DNA of 64,000 nt from Lachnospiraceae bacterium (lineage in GTDB: Bacteria > Bacillota > Clostridia > Lachnospirales > Lachnospiraceae). The stretch is from positions 72,131 through 136,130 of the forward strand of contig JAFVXW010000074.1 in NCBI GenBank assembly GCA_017500935.1. The letters are read 5' to 3'. The position numbers and the translations under genes were made by a program. The notes under the pieces are model-generated. The model saw nothing but the letters and a program-made list of their open reading frames with translations. It was not told where the DNA came from and searched no databases. The number at the start of each line of letters is the position of its first letter. Position 1 is the stretch's first letter. Shown one piece after another: positions 58,594-64,000 of this stretch.

Positions 58594-59634
58594 GTGAAGA
58601 AAGTTTTAGATACTTATTCAAGTAAAAACGATAATAATATAAAGCAGATTGTAGCCTATAAAGATAACGTACTTGAAATGGAAGAGTATAGAGATGGTTT
58701 TAAAAAAGATGATACAATGAATGTAATGAGTGTAACAAAATCTATAACTTCATTACTGATAGGTATTGCCATTGACCAGGGTTTGATAAAAAGTGTAGAT
58801 GATTTTGTGATGGACTATTATAAGGGAGTTTATACTCCTAAAAGAGGGGAGCAAACTATATATAAAGTTACGATCAAACATATACTTACAATGACAGCAC
58901 CTTATAAAGGCAAGAGTGAACCATGGACAAAGGTTTGTACATCGGAGGATTGGACACTGACAACATTGGATGTTTTGGGTGGCCGTAAAGGTATCACGAA
59001 TGAATTTAGATATCACACTCTTGGTGTTCAAATCCTTTTGGGAATCATCAGAATTACAAGTGGTATGAATGTGCTTGATTTTGCTAATAAATATCTTTTT
59101 GAACCGTTAGGAATTGAACCAAGAATCAATGCAGGTTGCGAGAGTAAAGATGACCAGTTTGAGTATTTGATGAACAGAAACGATCACGGAAGGGTTTGGT
59201 TTTCAGATCCGACAGGTATGCCAACTGCAGGTTGGGGGTTATCTCTTTCTGCTTATGAGATGGCGCAGATAGGGTTGATGGTGCTTAATGGCGGAATTTA
59301 TAACAATAACCGTATTGTAAGTGAGAACTGGATTGACATGATGACCAAATCTTACGTATCTGCCGATGAGAAGTTTGGAAATCAGGATTATGGTTTTTTA
59401 TGGTGGCTTCCGCATAGAACAAGAGAGGTAATTGCTGCTATAGGCGATGGCGGTAATATTATATATATTGATAGAAAAAATCAAATTGTAGCAGCCATAA
59501 CTGCACATTTTAAGCCTATGGTTTTTGACAGAGTAGAATATATTGAAAAAAATATTGTTGGAGCATTAACAGAAAGGCAGGTATTAAGAAATTCCGTGTT
59601 CTATATCAATAAAGGAGAAAAGGAAAATGATTGA
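58594..59634 (+). CDS. Serine hydrolase, beta-lactamase class C/NylB-like family
   Basis: SVTKS, HILTMT, FRY, LFEPLGI, YGFLWW; GTG start after aggagg. Confidence 0.82.
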   Translation: MKKVLDTYSSKNDNNIKQIVAYKDNVLEMEEYRDGFKKDDTMNVMSVTKSITSLLIGIAIDQGLIKSVDDFVMDYYKGVYTPKRGEQTIYKVTIKHILTMTAPYKGKSEPWTKVCTSEDWTLTTLDVLGGRKGITNEFRYHTLGVQILLGIIRITSGMNVLDFANKYLFEPLGIEPRINAGCESKDDQFEYLMNRNDHGRVWFSDPTGMPTAGWGLSLSAYEMAQIGLMVLNGGIYNNNRIVSENWIDMMTKSYVSADEKFGNQDYGFLWWLPHRTREVIAAIGDGGNIIYIDRKNQIVAAITAHFKPMVFDRVEYIEKNIVGALTERQVLRNSVFYINKGEKEND

Positions 59635-60182
59635 GACACAAAGATTGATATTGCGTCCGTTTGTTAATGAAGATGCAGAAGATGTTTTTGAATATTTAAG
59701 TGAACCGCTGGTAAATTGTTTTGCGTGTATGAAGCTGAATACGATTGATGATGCCAGGGCAGAGGTAGAGAAGCGTGCGAAGGAAACAGAATATTATTTT
59801 GCTATCGTTTTAAAAGATACTGGCAAGGTTATCGGAGAAATTGATGCATATCCTGAAACACAAGCTCCAGACGAAGAAAATGCCGTGCGGGATACATTCA
59901 GCCCATGCTGGATGCTGAATAAAGATTATCATGGTAAAGGATATGCCTATGAAGCAGCCTATGCTTTTTTTTGAATATCTATTTTCTCAAAAAGGTGCAA
60001 GACGTATCTATACATATACAGAAGACTATAATTTATCCTGTCAGCATCTTTGCGAAAAATTAGGTATGCGGCGTGAGGGGATGTTTATGGAGTTTGTTTC
60101 GTTTATTAATGATGCCGAAGGAAATCCGATTTATGAGAATACGATTCAATATGCGATATTGAAAAAAGAGTGGATTAAGTAA
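59627..60182 (+). pseudogene. RimJ-like GNAT split by a frameshift in a T8 run (59965-59972)
   Basis: MIETQRLILR..YHGKGYAYEA then FEYLFSQKGARRI..LGMRREG in another frame. Confidence 0.78.
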
Positions 60183-60317
60183 GGTGAAACGTTGTGTTTG
60201 ATGGAACGTCAAACGCAACGTTAGTATTACATATTCAATATTATTGCGTTTCCGGCAGCTTTATGATATATTTTAATTAGTTTAGCGAAAGGCACAAAAT
60301 ACGTGTAAGGTGGAGAA

Positions 60318-60332
60318 ATGAGAAGCAGATAA
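60318..60332 (+). CDS. uORF MRSR in the ABC-F leader
   Basis: aaggtggag RBS, ATG AGA AGC AGA TAA. Confidence 0.45.
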   Translation: MRSR

Positions 60333-60550
60333 TTTGATCGGGACGAAGCAAATATTGCAGAGAAAAAGTCTGCATAACAGGCTTATTTGTGTACGCCCAA
60401 TCGGATTATCTTACTTTTCGAAACCTTATTGTCAGCCTTTGTATTGTACAGGCAAAAATATAGGTTTTTTTAGTATGAGTCCGTTTGCGGCAAAGCTGCA
60501 CAAACGGGCTTTTGTTATGTGCGCACTTTTTTAAAACAGTGAGGACCTAT

Positions 60551-62098
60551 ATGTTACAGATAAAAAAAGTAAGTATTACCCATAAAAAGGATTTACGCAC
60601 GATCGTACAGGATTTTTCCTGTGTATTTAATGACGGTGACAAAGCCGTGATCATCGGGGAGGAAGGAAACGGCAAGTCGACGCTGTTGAAATGGATCTAT
60701 GATCCGGAGCTGATAGAAAGCTATGCTTCAGGTGAAGGAGAAAGGATCATAAACAAAGAGCGTCTTGGTTATCTGCCGCAGGAGCTGCCTGCTGAGGACG
60801 CAGAAAAAACAGTATATGAGTATTTCTGTCAGGAAGCGTTGTTTTGGGACCAGTCCCCCAAAGAACTTTATCAATTATCCCGCAGTTTTCATGTGCCGGA
60901 GGATTTCTTTTATTCGGAACAGGTCATGAATACGCTGTCCGGCGGGGAAAAGATCAAAGTCCAGATGATGCGGCTTATGATGGCGAGTCCGACAGTGCTT
61001 CTTTTGGATGAACCTTCTAATGATATTGATATGCAGACGCTGGAATGGCTGGAAAGAATGATCCTGGAGTGGCCGTATATCGTCATATATATTTCCCATG
61101 ACGAGGCCCTGATTGAAAAAACAGCAAACAAAGTCATTCATGCAGAGCAGATCCGGCGTAAAACGCAGAGCCGGTATACCATTGCAAATATGCCTTATCT
61201 GCAGTATATCGGGGAACGTCAGAATCTGTTTACCCGGCAGGAAAATCTGGCTTTGAATGAACGGCGGGAAAAGAAGATACGGGATGAAAAAATACGGCGA
61301 ATTGAGCAGAGTGTCGCTTCAAAACTTGATAATATTTCCAAGGCAGAGAGGGATGGCCCGGGACGGCTTTTAAAAAAGAAAATGAAAGCAGTCAAAAGTA
61401 TGGAGAAGCGTTTTGCACGGGAAGATGAAGATATGACGCAGATGCCGGAACAGGAAAGTGCCATTTTTTTCAAACTGGGAGATAAAAGCGCAGAGATTCC
61501 TTCCAGAAAGATCATTCTGGATTATGCACAGGACAAACTGTTTTCTGCGGATGGCGGCAAAACACTGGCTGAAAATATCAGCCTGCAGGTACGAGGTGCA
61601 GAAAAAATATGCATCGTCGGCAAAAACGGGGTGGGAAAAACTACGCTGCTTCGGAAAATTGCAGAAATTCTGATGGCAAGAGAGGATATCTGTACAGAAT
61701 ACATGCCGCAGAATTATGAGGAAATGCTGGATATGAAGATATCGCCGGTGGAATTTTTAAATATTTCCGGTGATAAGCAGGAAGATACAAAGATCCGGAC
61801 ATTTCTGGGAGCATTGAAGTATACGGCGGACGAAATGAACCATCCGATCGCAGAACTGTCAGGCGGTCAGAAAGCAAAGGTGCTGCTTCTTAAAATGAGT
61901 ATGTCAGGAGCAAATGTACTGATTTTAGATGAACCCACGCGTAATTTTTCACCCTTGTCAGGGCCTGTGATCCGCAGAATGTTGTCAGAATTTCCGGGAG
62001 CGATCATCAGCATTTCCCATGACAGAAAGTATATTCATGAAGTCTGTGATGTGGTGTATGAACTGACAAAAGACGGTCTTTTGCAATGGAAGAACTGA
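60551..62098 (+). CDS. ABC-F family ATPase (two NBDs, no TM domain)
   Basis: GEEGNGKST/LSGGE/LLDEP and GKNGVGKT/LSGGQ/ILDEP with helical linker. Confidence 0.85.
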   Translation: MLQIKKVSITHKKDLRTIVQDFSCVFNDGDKAVIIGEEGNGKSTLLKWIYDPELIESYASGEGERIINKERLGYLPQELPAEDAEKTVYEYFCQEALFWDQSPKELYQLSRSFHVPEDFFYSEQVMNTLSGGEKIKVQMMRLMMASPTVLLLDEPSNDIDMQTLEWLERMILEWPYIVIYISHDEALIEKTANKVIHAEQIRRKTQSRYTIANMPYLQYIGERQNLFTRQENLALNERREKKIRDEKIRRIEQSVASKLDNISKAERDGPGRLLKKKMKAVKSMEKRFAREDEDMTQMPEQESAIFFKLGDKSAEIPSRKIILDYAQDKLFSADGGKTLAENISLQVRGAEKICIVGKNGVGKTTLLRKIAEILMAREDICTEYMPQNYEEMLDMKISPVEFLNISGDKQEDTKIRTFLGALKYTADEMNHPIAELSGGQKAKVLLLKMSMSGANVLILDEPTRNFSPLSGPVIRRMLSEFPGAIISISHDRKYIHEVCDVVYELTKDGLLQWKN

Positions 62099-62209
62099 TG
62101 CAAAATCAAAAAGAGTGTGATATAATGAAGCCCACAGGCAAAGCGCATGCTTATGTCTGTGGGCGCTGTTTTATAAAAATGGTGAACAGCGCAGAAAGGA
62201 TAAACGGAT

Positions 62210-63115
62210 ATGTCTGAACAAAAATATAAACATGTCATAGCAGTTGCTGTTGACGGCGGAGGCGCGTTTTTAAAAGTGGCAGATACGCCCTGTTTTGATC
62301 GTATTTTTGAAAAAGGTGCGGTAACTTATGAAGCATTGTCTTCCAGACCCACGATCAGTGCGGAATGTTACGGTTCCATGCTGACCGGAACCGGCCCTGA
62401 GATTCACGGGCTTACCAATGAGATCGTAAGCACCCGTCAGTATCCCACAGACAGTCCGTTTCCGTCACTGTTTCGCCGTATCAGGAAAGTGATGCCGGAT
62501 GCAGAACTTGGGTCGTTCTGTGATTGGAACCCGATCACCTATGGTATCGTGGAAAATGATCTGGACGTGTCACATGATACTGCCAGAGATGAACAGCTGA
62601 CACCGTTGATCTGTGATTATATTAAGGATAAGAAGCCTGTCTTTTTATTTGTGCAGATGGACAGCGTGGATGGCGCGGGTCATACCTTTGGATATGGAAC
62701 CAAGAAGCATTTAGACAGGATCACGGAAGTGGACAAGCTGGTCAATGATGTATACAATGCGGCCGCAGAAGCCGGCATTCTGGATGAGACGCTGTTTATG
62801 GTGATCACAGATCATGGCGGCTATCAGACCGGACACGGCGGCTGGACTGACGGTGAGAAATATGTGACCTTTGGTGCAGTTGGAAAAGGTGTCAAAAACA
62901 ACGCGATACAGGAAATGAATATCCGTGATCTGGCTGCGATCGTATTATATGCGCTTGGAATTGAAAGCCCTGCCTTTGAAGAACAGGGCTGGACCTCCCA
63001 GATTCCGGCTGATATCTGGGAAGATGCAGCAATTCCAAAATATCGGGATATTTCGCATCTGACAGGCGCTGCACCGCGAATTTCCAAAAACGCGCATACA
63101 TCTGCATTGATTTAA
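62210..63115 (+). CDS. Alkaline phosphatase superfamily (nucleotide pyrophosphatase-like)
   Basis: VAVDG, PTIS, DGAGH, ITDHGG. Confidence 0.85.
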   Translation: MSEQKYKHVIAVAVDGGGAFLKVADTPCFDRIFEKGAVTYEALSSRPTISAECYGSMLTGTGPEIHGLTNEIVSTRQYPTDSPFPSLFRRIRKVMPDAELGSFCDWNPITYGIVENDLDVSHDTARDEQLTPLICDYIKDKKPVFLFVQMDSVDGAGHTFGYGTKKHLDRITEVDKLVNDVYNAAAEAGILDETLFMVITDHGGYQTGHGGWTDGEKYVTFGAVGKGVKNNAIQEMNIRDLAAIVLYALGIESPAFEEQGWTSQIPADIWEDAAIPKYRDISHLTGAAPRISKNAHTSALI

Positions 63116-63144
63116 AACAGAGGAAAGGGTATCATCTTTGGGAA

Positions 63145-63456
63145 ATGTGTACGGAATACATACCGGCAGATAAGCCGGCAGAATGGGATGAGCCGCATCA
63201 GCGCATTGCAGAACGTGTGATGAAAATGGAAGCTTATCTGGATGAGATTCTGAAGGCAGCAGATAAGGGAGTCGAAGAGATTCAAAAAAATCCGCAGCTG
63301 GCAGAAAAACTGGAAACACTGATCTGCTATTATGAACAGGGACAGTGGATGAAAGATTATGCATATGACGAGGCCGGTAAGCTGCCGCAGGGATTAAAGC
63401 GCGGTGTGCTTTCTGAGGATACACTTTATAATCTTTTTGCGGGGTTGAATATTTAA
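63145..63456 (+). CDS. DUF4298-family protein
   Basis: YY..QW.KD..DE.G.LP..LKRGVLSED.LYN. Confidence 0.75.
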   Translation: MCTEYIPADKPAEWDEPHQRIAERVMKMEAYLDEILKAADKGVEEIQKNPQLAEKLETLICYYEQGQWMKDYAYDEAGKLPQGLKRGVLSEDTLYNLFAGLNI

Positions 63457-63481
63457 TATACAAATAAAAAGGAGTAACAAA

Positions 63482-63829
63482 ATGAATAAACGTTTCAGAA
63501 ACTGGATCATTGCATCCGCTGTTGTGATGCTTGGACTGCCTTTTCTGGCAGTTGCTTTTACGACCGGAAATATGGCTTTGGTCATCTGTATTGCTCTGTT
63601 TTGGGCGATCAATCCGATCTTTTCCATTGTACAGGGATATGCCGCAGGCAGTGATGTAAAGGAAATGTGGGGCCTGCCGCTGTTAAATAGCCTTCTGTAT
63701 GTGGCTGGTATGTGGCTGTTTTTTGCAATGGGAGAAATGTCCTTTCTTTTATACGGACTCATGTATATGGTTCTGGGATATCTGGCAATGTGGATGATGT
63801 GGCTGGTCTGCAGACGCAGAAATCGCTGA
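63482..63829 (+). CDS. Hypothetical membrane protein
   Basis: 4 TM helices; aaggag RBS. Confidence 0.7.
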   Translation: MNKRFRNWIIASAVVMLGLPFLAVAFTTGNMALVICIALFWAINPIFSIVQGYAAGSDVKEMWGLPLLNSLLYVAGMWLFFAMGEMSFLLYGLMYMVLGYLAMWMMWLVCRRRNR

Positions 63830-63859
63830 AAATAAATTTGGAAAAGAGGAATTTAAATC

Positions 63860-64000
63860 ATGCTGACACTGGAAAGGGCAAAAGAGCTTTTAGCGACTAC
63901 AACGACCGAGGAACATTTGTTTTTGCATGCCAAAAATCTTATGGCAGCAATGGGCGGTCTGGCGCAACATTTTGGAGAAAACAAGGAACACTGGATGGCG
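63860..64000 (+). CDS. HD-domain hydrolase-like protein, N-terminal part (runs off window)
   Basis: MLTLERAKELLATTTTEEHLFLHAKNLMAAMGGLAQHFGENKEHW. Confidence 0.55.
   Translation, partial: MLTLERAKELLATTTTEEHLFLHAKNLMAAMGGLAQHFGENKEHWMA

Noticed and set aside
58594-59634. True beta-lactamase
   Set aside because: The SxxK family includes many esterases and amidases; sequence alone does not support beta-lactam hydrolysis
60188-60222. Palindrome aacgttgtgtttga..tcaaacgcaacgtt as an attC-like site
   Set aside because: Single occurrence just after a stop codon; more simply a terminator or mRNA-stabilising hairpin

Overview
A 64-kb chromosomal window from an anaerobic, spore-forming Firmicute (Clostridia; Lachnospiraceae-like by gene content, an inference). 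Housekeeping blocks include rnhA, nrdDG, dut, a spoVAF-like gene, a lysine riboswitch with an NhaC-family transporter, an [FeFe]-hydrogenase, gltX, a UvrD-like helicase, a LexA-boxed dinB/SRAP operon, a glycyl-radical enzyme with its activase, and a DEAD-box helicase. Two tracts of short, co-oriented, functionally unrelated genes interrupt them: ~10.0-35.3 kb (about 43 CDS, 10 of them GNATs) and ~55.4-64 kb. The main signal is that many gene junctions in the AT-rich parts of these tracts carry a degenerate ~13-bp motif (about YAAAYWNNRATTT). It sits just after stop codons and just before ribosome-binding sites, and is sometimes stacked with no gene between copies. This suggests an integron-like gene-cassette system, although no attC sites or integrase are visible. 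The first tract also holds two inverted copies of an unannotated type I toxin-antitoxin-like module with a LexA box in the toxin promoter. Other signals are an Arg-rich leader peptide before argS, an MRSR uORF before an ABC-F gene, two palindromic repeat arrays and a candidate structured RNA. All calls come from reading the sequence; no database searches were run.
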